Positions 51,650 to 64,000 of a DNA stretch of 64,000 nt are shown piece by piece. Below the pieces are notes generated by a model. That model had not been told where the DNA came from and did no database searches. It saw only the letters and a list, made by a program, of their open reading frames with translations. Each line of letters opens with the position of its first letter. The stretch's first letter is position 1. This DNA comes from Camelus dromedarius (taxonomy: Eukaryota), in the NCBI RefSeq assembly GCF_036321535.1, contig NC_087436.1, positions 35,218,001 to 35,282,000 of the forward strand. The letters run 5' to 3'. The position numbers were made by a program, and so were the translations under genes.

Positions 51650-52100
51650 GAAGATGAGAATGACTTTGAAAAAAAAATTAAACAAGACAAAAAGCAGGAA
51701 GTGCTTAAGTTGTGCAAGAAAGTAGGAAATGAGTTGAAGCTTGAGGATGAGATACAGTTTTAAAAGATGGAGAGTGAATATTCCAGGGAAGGCAAAGATA
51801 GTCATGAGTGTGGTGCCAGGCAGGGGCATCACTTGTAACTGGGAACAGGAGTTCTGGAGAAGAAGGGTCAGGATCACATGGTGTGGGATAGGAGAACTTT
51901 GGTTTTGGTGGACAAACAGAAGATTCACCTGGCCAGATCAAGAGGTCTAAAGAATAACAGAAAATGGTGTTGATTAGTTGGGGTCACATAATGGAAAGCC
52001 TTGAATAACATACAGAAGGAACGTAGAGGTATTTGTACTTGAAGAAATAGGACTTATCAGAATGATAAGTCAACAATGTAAATCAGAGAAAAGTCTGGAT
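51650..52100 (-). mobile_element. L2 remnant
   Basis: gagttgaagcttgaggatgag...attccagggaaggcaaagatagtcatgag...atggaaagccttgaataacatac. Confidence 0.55.
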
Positions 52101-52439
52101 GGCGTTTGCAGAAAGGATATGTCTACCTCTGTGTTTCTTTAACATGATAAATACCAACAGATTTAAAATAGAAGCTGAAATCAACTAAATCATAGAGACC
52201 AGAAAATGTACTGCCAAAGAAATGGAAAACCCACAGTTACATCAATGATATGACTGAAACAGAAAAAAAAATTTTTTTAAATAAAAGTGCAGTATTTAAT
52301 CAAGCAATTGAGTGGAAATGTCAGCCCCTATTGCATTCATGGTGCTGAGCTATAATCATTTAGTCTTTTAACCTCTAGCCTCAGGTCTGCCTAGTCTGAA
52401 GCTAATTCTTCTGTGTAGAGCAGGGAGTATACTGGAATC

Positions 52440-52881
52440 TTCAGTCTGGGTGTCTGGTTAAACATAAAGGCAGCCACGTGCATTTATCACTTTTCCCTTC
52501 TCAAATCCTACTAAGTTAGCAGAGAGAGGGAAGGGGGAAGGAACAAAAGGAGGAGGAGAGAGTGAGAGAGAGGAAATGAGGAAGCAAGTGAGACAGGCAG
52601 AAGAAAGCAGGAGAGGGACCAAACATAGACTAGCAATTTCAACTACTTAACTATTTTTTGAAGTATGGGAAGCACGTGGAAGGGTAATTACCTTATAAGA
52701 GGAGAAGTTACAAACTAAGGACCTGCAGAAAGGAATATCAAAAAGAAGGGAGATTATTTTCTCCTAAAGAACTCTGTATTTGGAGGTAATAAACTGCCAA
52801 AGACTACAAAATAAGATGCAGACTTAAAAACAGGAGAACTGCTTCAAAAATCTGTGTGTGGAACAAGTGCTACACACACAC

Positions 52882-52921
<40 letters not shown>

Positions 52922-53672
52922 CCATCACAGTCCTCAATGTGGAAAGCTACAGGATCATTCTCTCTTGGCACTCCCCACCCCAAGGCACACACAGACTTTT
53001 GACCTCTCCTCTAGCTGTGACCTCAGGAGATCATGAGTCTACTACCTGTAGAAATTGAACCAGTACTTTCCAAATTTAGGGACAGCAAACACAGAGAAGA
53101 ATGGCTGTGAAGTGCCACAATAATAAGAGGGAAATTATGATGAAGTCTTTAAAATTGATGCTGGGACCTCCATCCACCTCCCTCAACCCTTCTCTCACAG
53201 TGTGAACTGTTGAGGAAAATAACTCAGGCAGACGAAGAGATGATTCTTCTCTGGAGAAACATGAGTGTTTCAGAAAAATGATGTCTAGATATTGACATAC
53301 AGAAATCTTCCAAGAAAAAGTAAGCTTGCTGTCTAATCATGCTATTAAAAAAAAAAACCCATTCACAAGCCCACTCAGACACACAGTGACCAGTCCCTTT
53401 CTAGAGCTCCTTGTTTAATATCAATGAAGAACAAAGTATTATTTGAGGAAGGCCTGCAACATGGAAGCCAAAATAAACAAATAGACAAAAGGGAAGAAGA
53501 GTGAAATTGCAGAAGTAGAAAAGACTTTGAAAAAAAATCTAGAGTTAACATCATCAGCTATATACGAAATGCCATTTAATCTATGATATATCAATAAAGG
53601 AGTTGAATAGAAAACTCTGAGAAATCAACAAAGAACTCTTCGAAATTAAAAGTGTGATTGCCAGAAACTTTT
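52440..53672 (+). mobile_element. Ancient HAL1-like element (5' region and ORF start)
   Basis: ttcttctctggagaaac, tagatattgacat, atttgaggaaggcctgcaacatggaag and aaagaactcttcgaaattaaaagtgtgat resemble recalled HAL1. Confidence 0.6.
52872..52918. repeat. (CA)n microsatellite with one interruption
   Basis: acacacacacacacgcacacacac... Confidence 0.95.
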
Positions 53673-53686
53673 AAAGGGAAGTTGCA

Positions 53687-54125
53687 TCCTCCAGGAATTG
53701 GAGGTCCTTTTCTGATGGAATACACATTTTTCCCAGTTGGGCTGTGTCTTATTATACTCTGCTTGTATTATGGCTGTTTCTAGACTCCCAGAAAGGTCAC
53801 ATTTCCAAAGGGCAACCAAATAACCAGTCCCTGCCTCCTTGGAAACATCTCTGCACAAACTAGATTATGGAAACCAATGTGCCAAAATGCTTCTGCTACC
53901 TTTTTAGGGTTACCTACGTTTTGGGGCTATGGATAAGAAATTATAAAGGTAGTACTGCAATAACCACATCTTCCAAAAATAAGTTTCAGTGTTTATTTTC
54001 TTGTTATTAGTTTGAATATTGTATATTGAAATTTCTGTGTTTATGATGACTGTACCATAAAATGTATAGAAAATTATAAATTAGACTATTGTCTGCAATA
54101 AAATACTATTTATCTGAGAAAAAAA
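53687..54125 (+). pseudogene. Probable 5'-truncated processed retrocopy of an mRNA 3'UTR (parent unknown)
   Basis: AATAAA at 54097-54102 and A7 at 54119-54125. Degraded TSD aaagggaagttgca (53673-53686) / aaaagaagtgca (54122-54133) at a tttt/aaa site. Confidence 0.5.
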
Positions 54126-56719
54126 GAAGTGCAGAGAAGGGACTTTTTCATGGCATTAAAGCAATACCATAATGTCAAATGGATTTGGACATAAAGCACA
54201 TATTTTCTCAATACTTGTATTTTAAAATTTATATATAAGCTAATAGATTCTCTGAATCCATTAGCTTCTATATTCCTGCTGAACCCCATTTGAATTTACT
54301 GATAACACATCAGTTTTACATTTAGCAGCCTTTGTTAAATCTTGGAGACAGAGTGGTGAAAATAAAGTTAAATAAAGCTTATGAATTTTCTATAAGACAG
54401 ATTTATTCATGTTCTTTCTAGAATCAGAATGGCTAATTAAAACTTGACTATAATCTCAGCTGGACATTAAACTTACCCAGTTTCAGAATTCCCTCCAAAT
54501 ATTACTGATGATAAAATATTAAGGAACACAGTAATAATTTTAATGGAATTTATCACTTACTTAATTTTTTTTCCTTATTTAAATTTTATTTCTTAAAAAA
54601 ATTATTAGTTTTCTGTTGTTACTTGGAGGAAGTAACACATTAAATAGGGTAGAAATAAACACTTTTGTTTCATTGACTGAGGTTACCCATATTTGCCATG
54701 TGCTGCCTATCTGGATTTTAAAATTTTGAATTCATATTGAATTTTATAAAAGATATGTGCAGCATAAGCAATTAAAGTTTATTTTCCAAGGGATTCCATG
54801 CAGTTGCAAGTCTTCCTCAAGAATATCATTAAGTGTCATTTTTTATTTTTTAAAAGCAATAAAAACATGGAGTCTTTATTTTCCACTTAATGGAAAGTTT
54901 GAAATTGAACAGGCTGTAACATCTCAGCTGCCGTCCTTAGCTCCTTATCCATTTTCTATCACTTGACTTTGAAACACTGAAATTTAATTGGGATAATTGG
55001 ATCATTCACAGAGTTATAGTTTGACCACTCTTGGTCATTTTTTCCGTGTTAAAACAGGCTGCTTCTAAGAAGGTGAGTTGTATATGTATGTGAATGCCAT
55101 TAGCAGAACTGCAGTAAGAAGCTGGACTAAAAGGGCAATACTCAGGATGTGCTCTACTGTAAAAGCTTAAAATATTTGAAGTTTGAAAATGAATTCATTA
55201 TATGGAACATATAAATATCTATTCTTCTAAAACTCACATGAACATTTACTTTTACTAGAATATTAATTTTTTGTTCACAAACTTGTATAAAAATGTAAAG
55301 TTCATTTGGAGAAATATTAAGAGACATATTATATTCATTGAGATCAGTAACCTAAACAACAGTTTTTAATCTTTAATTTTTTTTTTCACAATAAAGCCTA
55401 TATTCACATTACCTTCTTATCCTGGTATTTCAATTTGGGGAATAGTTTAGTATTAGCTCTTTATTACTTTTTAAAGAATAACAGTAGCTACATTTACTGA
55501 ATACAGAAACCATGTTAATTTGTGATGTTCAATCATATCTTGCTCACTCTTCATTGTTTCTGAAGTTTTAGTGTTTTAATCTGTTTCTGTTAAACTCCAT
55601 CTATCCGATCTATTTGCCTATGGAGACAACTTGTATCACTATCATGGATCTCCTGAAATATAGCAGTCAAAATTATACCTAAACTATTTCAAGTAAAATG
55701 AGACTAGAATTTTGTACAAACCAAAAACATCATATTAGCTTTCTGATAATTTTCTTGACTGTCACAAATATAAGCCAGGAAATAGAGGAGTACAGGTTGT
55801 AAACTATTTTGATTATTTCTCTTACAAAATTTTTATTTGTCATGAATTAAATTTATTTTTGAATATGACAAATTGGAAATTTTTGATTGAGAGAGTTCCT
55901 AATATACATAATTGTTCTTCTGCTCCTTCCATTTTTTCTCCTCATTTTCTCAAACCATTAGTATTCCGAGGCTAGTGCACAATTTTTCTGTATTTCAAGA
56001 AATTTCTTTGCCCTTGGAGACCTAGTACCTGGAACTTAAATATCTAATGAGCAAGTCTAACTAGGTTGAGAAGACTTGAGGGAAACAGATTAAAAGTTAT
56101 GAAGGCATATTTAGCACAAGTCTAAGCTTGATATTCACCAAGTTTAGAATTTGGGTTTAGATTTCAACTTGATTTATCTTTTACTAACAAAGTGTTGACA
56201 TTTTCTTCCTTTATTAGTGAAGTCCAGTTTTATGAAAGAGAAAATACCATAGTAATTTCCAAAAGCAAGGGACTCAATCCAGGGGATTGAATGTTTACAA
56301 TATCATTGGAAGAACTGAAGGAATGCAAGTCAGAGGCCAACTAGGTGGAAGGTGGAAAGGAGTTTGTGAGAAACAACCACATAATTTACTGCACTCCCTC
56401 AGTCTAGCCATTCAAACCTTCAAACAGGCATGAAAATTCCAAATTAGATAGAATAGCATAAATAAAGCAAGCAGCATTTAGTCTGAGAAATAATCAGCTC
56501 TTGAAAAAAAGAATCAATGTTCTACTAATGGCGCTAGTTAAATATCCTCTTTAAAGATACTTTCTAAAAAGTATTTCCCCCTGAGTTTCAGGTTCAATAT
56601 CTAGGACAACAAGTTTATCACTGATTTAGAAAAATAACATATAGGTATATATGTCCTTCCCTATCCTCATTAAAATCTTCCTAACACAAAATTTGGGAGC
56701 AGATAAGAATTGGTCTATA

Positions 56720-56920
56720 AAACACAGTACAGTGGAAAGAATATGGATTTTACATGGATTTCTGAGACAAGAATGAGTTCTAATTCTGACCTCAAAGATT
56801 AATAACTATGCAATCTTCTACAGGTTACTTATCTTCCTGGGCCTTTGTTTTCTTATTTACAAAAATAATTAAAATACTTTGTAGGGTTGTTTTGAAAAGC
56901 AAATGAGATAATGTGTCTTA
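56720..56920. mobile_element. MIR remnant
   Basis: gtacagtggaaagaatatgg...caggttacttatcttcctgggcctttgttttcttatttacaaaa...agggttgttttgaaaagcaaatgagataatg. Confidence 0.7.
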
Positions 56921-58820
56921 GTAAACAATAGTATTTACTGAAGGAATGACCTATACATCACAGATATAATACAACACTTCTGCCTTCTTTTGTCTATCTG
57001 AGACATTTAGGAGATAAGCAGGTTATTGGACAACAGTTTCTGTGGTCATGATGGTAATAGTAGAAGAAATACCAGAGGGAGAATGGTAGTTTCTATCATC
57101 CAATGACCCACACCATGTGCTAGGAACAGTGCCAGAGCTTTGAATACATTTACTTTAATAGATTTAATGTATTGAATAAATAAAATAGTCAAATAAAAGC
57201 TTGTAGTAGAAGAAGAAAATGGAAAATAGAACCTGAGGGAACAGCCCACTTTGGAAAGAGCAAAAAAAGGGAGTCAGCAAAACAAAGGGTCCCAATGATT
57301 GTAAAGGAATAGAAGAACCAAACAAATACTGTCACATAATGAACAGGGAAGAGGAGAGTTTCAAGAAAGAGGAAATACTGAAAGGTACAAGATGCAACTG
57401 AGATAATTAATGACTTAATCTTGGACTTTCCCAAAGTACAGAATTGGTCATCTCCACTCTCTATCTTGAGCATTGTTATAATTTTCAGAGTCCTGGCTGA
57501 GAATCACTTTTCCCACTTAGGTTCATAATGTTTATTTGTACTTAGTCATGTCCCTTTTCAGATGATGGATTTGGCAAAGTAAACTAATTATTTTCCACTT
57601 TGCAACGTTCAATTATAATTTTCATATATATACATATATATACACACATATATACACATAGTCACACATACAAAATATATAATAAAACATGTATTTCCAT
57701 AATATTGGTGGATATTTAATTTGAATAATATATTTAATTTTGAATAATATATTATAATTTGAATTATAATTACTATATATATAAATAAAATACAATATTC
57801 TCACTTACTGCAGGTATCTGGTCATCGTTATGCTTTACCTATTTACATAGTCTTGTTAAATTGTTCTGAAACTAAGCACAAAATTTTGCTTCTCTGAAGA
57901 GCTTAGCTATTGCTACAAAATTTGTGACTGTATCCTCCTTTTCCAAACCATTGCAATAACTATAAAATTAGATGTTTAGTACCAATCTAGTAAACTCCCA
58001 TCAGCAATATTTATCCATCAAAGAAATGTTATTCATGTTTCACATAGCCGGTGTTTAACATTACATTTCCTCCAATTCATCCTGACACAATTTATTTTAA
58101 AAAGTACAGTATTGGGTGCAAACCTCTAGAAAAAAACTTTTCAAAAATATAAATTATTTTTGCCTAAAATTAATGTAGAATTGACAAGTTCTAACCTATT
58201 GGACATGGGATAATATCTAAGAGACATTTTCTTTTTGTTTTACTCTGCAGATATTGCTGATTTAGAAATTAAAAAATGCTGTTTTGTTAAGCTTTGTCCA
58301 TTATTGTTTTTCAGAGGTTTCCATGCAATTATGTTATTCTTTATGTTGACTGAATGGTGGATTCTGTAACTTAATTCACCTAGCCTACATCACAGAGGAT
58401 TTCCAGGGTTGATGCTTGCAGAGCTACTTAGAGATTAAGGTCTCCAATTCCCTCTGGGACCTGAGTTCTTGTCCAAGTGAACAAATTATGGCTAAACTGT
58501 CTCAATAATTCTCAAAGTAATCAGTTCTTATAGATGTGGGGTGATGACTTATTCTTGGTTATTAGCTTACCTTCCACCAGGCCTCCTTTCTTTTGTAGTT
58601 CAAGATTCTAATTCTGTGTGTCTAGTCTTTGAACCAAGTCATATATTCTTTGGAGTCTCATCACATATGGCCTTATCAGCTCCACCACTTGCTGAGCTAC
58701 TCTCAAGCAATACTTGCAAGCTGCTGAGAACCAAGTTTCTCCGTGCTAAGCTTTGGTTTCCTCATAGGCTGTTCTCCATACCTCCCTCAAGAAACAGCTT
58801 GATGTTTCCTGGTTTAAAAC

Positions 58821-59422
58821 CGTCAAAGTTAAAATAGTGAAATCAGATTTTATTCAGTAACCACTACCAGTAAGGGAAAGAACTGAGGTCCATTCCAATT
58901 TGCACAGAAGTAACTGGGTATTTTAAAGGGAAAATAAGTGGGTAGGTAGAGGGAGTGAGCAAGGGCTCAAACAGAGTCAGGAAAGTTGTAAATTGGATTA
59001 AGTCAGCTGTATTAGCTAGCTGGCAATTATGAAAGTTAAGATTCTATCCACCCCAGAGACTAGGCCCTATCTTTCCTGATGATTTACATGTCAAAGGAAT
59101 GGCTTTCAGGAACCTAAGAAAGGCACCCCTGAGTTGTAGGAGGTACATATACCTCTCAAAAGGACAGAGGAAGAATTAGAAATTGTAAGCCTTTTTTAGA
59201 AACTGCTCTAAGAAAGGGAGGTCAGGGCCTATGGTTAAGTGCTGGCTTGAACAGTAAATTCTTTGACAGTCCTGAGTATTTTCAGGCAGAAACTCAAAAG
59301 GAGTCTTGAGTCTTCCCAGGAGCTTGGTGTTAGTCTGCTAGAAGTCATGTTAAAGTTTGGTGAAGTCTTTTAGTGCAGGAGTTTGAATGGAGTGTTCCTG
59401 CCAAGAGTTTTTGCAGGCTTCA
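58821..59422 (-). mobile_element. MER67-like ERV1 solo LTR
   Basis: gtcaaagttaaaatagtgaaatcagattttattcag start, ctgctctaagaaagggaggtcagggcctat, and ttgcaggcttca end. Confidence 0.75.
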
Positions 59423-60890
59423 AAATTACCCCTCAGAGATGACCAATTCCTGGAAATTGCTGTTTCTCATTTGTCTCTGGTTTCACAAACTAGAGAATGG
59501 TGAGAATGATAGTATCACTGCCTGCCATTCTAAGAAGGATATTTCAGAGGGAGCAGAGACTACTGATTTCATATTTTGTTACAAAAAGTGCTTTGTTGAA
59601 TTCTCAGTAAATGGTCCATCTATGCCTTGAATGGTAAGTAAGCATCAATAAACCGACCAGGAGAGAGAAGGAAATTCCATGCAAAGGGCCTATATAAGGC
59701 CAAAGTCACAGAAAATATGCTTTGATTTTATATGTAGCTGCCAGCACAGTAAATCTTCTAGTATGTTAGTTGATTTCTTTTCAAGAAGCTATTATCATCT
59801 GTACTTGTTATCAACTAAATTTTCCTTAAGCATATACATGCTCTCAGTTCAGTGTCAATACCCAATTCTGAAATGTTGGAAAACAGCTTTTGTTCTCGCT
59901 GCATCAAGGACTTTGCCTTGGCCCAATGCAGCACAAGCCATCCATTAAACATTCACATTCAAAGAGTTAGAGTTCATGGGATCCATGTAATATACTGAAA
60001 CACCTTTAAATATCCTATGCAATGCTGGGGATTACATTTTTCCTTTTAAAAAAATTTAGCAGGTTGGTGTAAACTAAATCTTAACCAGAATATTAGTACA
60101 AAGCAGATAAAATATTGAACAGCTCTGGCAGAAGTTGAAGGACATGTCCAGATCCCACTAGCCTCCAAAAGGAAGTACCTCTCTCCTTCTGAAGGTCCAT
60201 TATACAACTCCATAAATACACAGAATTCTGTAGAGAACTTTGAAAATTATTGGATTAGATGAGAGACAGCAAATGAAATAAGAGACAGCAAGTGAGATAG
60301 TGCATAAGGGCCCGTGGAACTGATGCCAGCAAGAGCAGAGGCCTTCCAATCTGATATTTTTCTTTGGCTATGCTTGCCCAGAAAAGTGCCAACAGCCAGC
60401 AGCCCCAGAAACTGGGTCTCTTGGTTCCCAAAATGATCCTCAAAGCTGAAAAATCTTCTAGCTCAAAAAGCTTCCCATTTTTGGAGTAGGTCCTTTACCT
60501 AAATTTAGTACTGGATCATTTATAGATGTTTTGTTCCATTATAGTCTGTCCTTGAAAATCCCATACTATTTGGTCATTTATTGGTTAAGTAAATGTTTAA
60601 ATAACATTACAACCCTGTGAAATTTCTACCCTTTATGTGACTATTGGGGCCTCATTTAAATAAACTTAAAGGCTGTTATTTATCACATTTTGGGATTCAG
60701 GAAACTTATGAACAGACCCTTCAGTAGATCTTACATTTTAAACACAATTTATTTGAGAAGTATACAAAAATCAATTTTAAATAGTGTATCCCCATACAGG
60801 TAATAGAGTGAAGACATAGCTTTTTATTCTGGGAAATAAACAGGTTCTACTTCAGTGGTCCCAAAGATCTGATTTTTAAAGTATTCTCAA

Positions 60891-62274
60891 GAGCACCTAG
60901 GCTGAACGGAAGCAGAGGAAAGAAATGCAATAATAGATGGAATAAAGATGATGATGTAAGAGGCACCTGAGTTCTCTTCCTCCCACAGATGCACTGAATG
61001 TACAGCCACGCATGAGCAATCCTCTCTGAGAGAGATCTAGAAACTGAGTGACTCCTACATGTTGGGCAAATGAGAGAATACCTACATCCAAACAGATAGG
61101 AAAGGCCAGATGCACTCTTGACATAAACCCCACTCCTTGCACAGTGCCATACAATCAGGAGAGAACTCTCAACTCCCAGCTTCTCCCTGAGGATGGAAGA
61201 GTTTGGACCCCACATCTGGTGCCCCAACTTTTAAGACTACCAGTGGAGGGCAGGGTTCCCAGAATACCTAGCTCCAAAAGCCAATGGTGCTCTGGTCCCT
61301 GAGACCCACAAGACTATGGTAAACAAAGAAGTGATCTGTAAGTGGTGAGAGTACTTGGCACAGCTATCCCCCCAGGGCTTTAGGTAGAGGGAGCAGGCAA
61401 AATTGCCCATCTCCACCTCTTCCTGAAAGAGTTTATTTGCATAATTTAAAAGCTACCTGATGTCAAGCTGCTAAATCATAAGACAGTAAAGGCTAGCTGA
61501 GATGGTCCCCAGAGACCAGGGCAGCTGGAAGACTGTACTCTTGCTTCCTCCTTCCAGCGCACTCCAAATCACCAGTAGCTCCCTGGACAGAACTTGTACA
61601 CAGATCTGGTGCCCTAGCTTTTGCAACAGCCACTCAAAGGATGGGTCTTTGGATTACCAGGCTCTAAGAACCAAATGAGAGATTGCATGCACAAGTCCCA
61701 CAGGACCACAGCAGACAAAGAAACAATTTTTAATAGGCACAGGGGCAACCTCTAGCAGCTATACACCTGGGGAAGCAGGTAAAAATGCCCATATCTCAGT
61801 TTCCTCCTGGAAGGGGCTTAACCACATACTTCCAGCTGCACCTGAGAGTCCAACTTCCAATCAGTCTGCAACTAGGTGCTGACTGTGATCCTCCCCCTTA
61901 GGACACTGATGGGTATTGGAACACCCTCAACTACTGGGAGCTACTGAGAACAAAGAAGGAGGGTTGTACAATCATGAACGTTTGGGAGACAACTAGGTGC
62001 TCAGGCCAGGCCGATCAGCAAGGTTCATCTCCTACTTGAGCTCACTCTGTCAAGGCTGTCTCTTTCATCTACTGTGCAGAAACCCACAAAGAGAGTCAAG
62101 GAAAAAGAGGAAGCAGAGGAACATGTTCCAAACAAAATCTCCAGAAACAGATTTTATTGAAGTGGAGATAAGTGATTTACCTAATAAGAGAGTTCATACT
62201 AACAAATATCCTCACCAAGGTCAGAAGAACAATGCATGAACGAAGTGAGAGTTTCAACAAAGAGATAGAAAATA
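60891..62274 (+). mobile_element. TSD-flanked L1 5'UTR plus ORF1 start only (3'-truncated, tailless)
   Basis: L1-type 5'UTR from about 60943. The tail of ORF 61997..62239 (KQRNMFQTKSPE...EISDLPNK) is an ORF1p N-terminus. Direct repeat taaagtattctcaa at 60877-60890 and 62275-62288. Confidence 0.85.
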
Positions 62275-64000
62275 TAAAGTATTCTCAATAGTTTTCTTTT
62301 ATTGATTTAGAGCAGTAATGTTTATTACTTTTTAAAAGAGCCAAATCTGTTTTTACACATATCTGCAAATTGTTAAGGAAAATGCATACCATTTTATTCT
62401 AATTTCATACTATTTGTAGGTATATAGATATTCTTATATATCTGAAATAAAGCTACCAGATGTCACTCTTTTATATCAGATATTGCTCAGAATATTTAAA
62501 AATTCTGGTAAGTTCACTGCAGTTCAAATAAAGAGGTCTAAGAATCTTATCCAAGCAGCTGTGGTTCCTATTTGAATTTTAGCCTAGATTATTAAAACCT
62601 CAAACCACAAAATCCCCTAGGAAATCTTGCATAAGCATTGTTCTCATTGAAAAGGGCTGGGATCAGAAAGGAAGCAAGAGGTTCATGCTTTAGTTGGCTT
62701 TAGAACATCAAAAACCCAGTGGTCAATTCCCCTTCAGATGTGTGTTCATAACCCCTTTTAAAGGCAATGAAAATTATATGTGTGGATTTGGGGAGAACAT
62801 ACCCCCAAGTAAGGAAATTAAGAAATGCCAAGAACAACCAAATTTCTTTGCTTCAAAAAAATTGGCTTAAACAATAGTTATTTTAAAAAATAATTTTAAG
62901 CAATATGTCAAGTAAATCTATTCATCACTGATAGGATTTCTATGACCAGTTTGAAGGAAAGACTTAAAAAATATTTTAACCATATTTCTTTTCTGGTTTC
63001 AAACAGAAAAATACAGTTGCTAAGCTATTTTTGAAAAAGCACTTATTTATGTTTCTCTAAAGCAAATATCTCATAATTCAAAAATTGGTTATTTTTCTAC
63101 CAGGGCCTGATGGGAACACTTTCATATTTGCTAATAGTATAGCATGTAAAAAAAACATTTTGTAGACAGAGCTTCCAAAACAGTAATGCTTTAGATATTG
63201 CTTTTATCACTGAGAGACGAGGTAATGTTCTTAAATTTTTCTAAGAATGTCTGTGATAGACAATATTAATTTAGCAGAGGAAAGGTGAGTAAGGGAGGAA
63301 TGGGTAGGGGAGTTATTATTTTTGACAAAGCGGATAGGGAGTTTGGCCGAAAATACTCTTCACTATATCCAAACCACAAAGGTTTACTAAACAGAAATTT
63401 GAAATCAAAAGACAAACAGGATGTTCATCTGGGACACATTTTTGGACACATACTTTTAATACCACATGAAAGCTGTGCCATCCAGATGTGAAAGCAATAA
63501 AATTTAAACAAAAAACCCCAAACAATAAAATAAGAAGTGAAACTGAATGATAGCCTTTAACAAGGAGCCCGTTCTGTCACTGGATCAGAGACAAAGCTAT
63601 TTACTCTGAGGAAGAGGTGGGGCAGGTTCTGTAGGCCTGGGCTTCCTCACAATGGAAGAAGTAAATAGCAATCTGGTTTTAGGAAACAGTGTGCTTTGGC
63701 AGCCTCTGCTTTCTGGATTTCTTAAATTATCTGTTTTAGACTGAAGTGGAAACTTATTAAAGTCAGTACTTTAATATCAGATCAGCTTCAGGAAGGAAAA
63801 CAGAGAAAAAATTGTTGGTACATATTGTACCCAGAATGTTATGAAGCAAGAAGTGAATAACAATTTCTGTGAGCTACCTAAGGCTAGTCATCCTATCACA
63901 AATACAAAATGATAATGTCATTAAAACTCGGCACACTTAAGAATTTGGAAATAAGGTCTTTGCTAAGACTTAAGATAGGACATGTTACCGTAACATAAAA

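Noticed and set aside
55528..55632. Exon-like minus-strand segment (EIHDSDTSCLHRQIDRIDGV*QKQIKTLKLQKQ*)
   Set aside because: Contains in-frame stops and has no recognisable homologue, so a pseudo-exon call cannot be supported without a search.
60140..60149. Perfect p53 half-site GGACATGTCC
   Set aside because: No adjacent second half-site; expected by chance in 64 kb.

Overview
AT-rich eutherian genomic DNA (intergenic or intronic), dominated by transposable elements. I found no host protein-coding gene, RNA gene or CRISPR array that I can support. The long ORFs in the track derive from LINE-1 or ERV sequence. The youngest L1 3' ends resemble, from memory, camelid (Vicugna/Camelus) L1, and I saw no Alu, B1/B2, BovB/Bov-tA or PRE1 SINEs. 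A cetartiodactyl, probably camelid, origin is therefore inferred but not proven. Repeat family names are recalled from consensus sequences and were not checked by a search. The most unusual structure is one TSD-flanked, 3.7 kb minus-strand L1 insertion (30440-34125) with permuted order: ORF2 endonuclease fragment, complete 5'UTR, ORF1, then a jump to the ORF2 3' end, 3'UTR and polyA. It sits inside a two-LTR ERV1 relic, which itself sits inside an old L1. Other atypical retrotransposition products are a TSD-flanked 5'-only L1 (60891-62274), a 24-nt L1-tail insertion (45258-45281), tailless L1 patches without TSDs, and a probable retrocopy of an mRNA 3'UTR (53687-54125). I see no convincing novel multi-gene system; the best lead is a possible ORF1-only non-autonomous L1 derivative.
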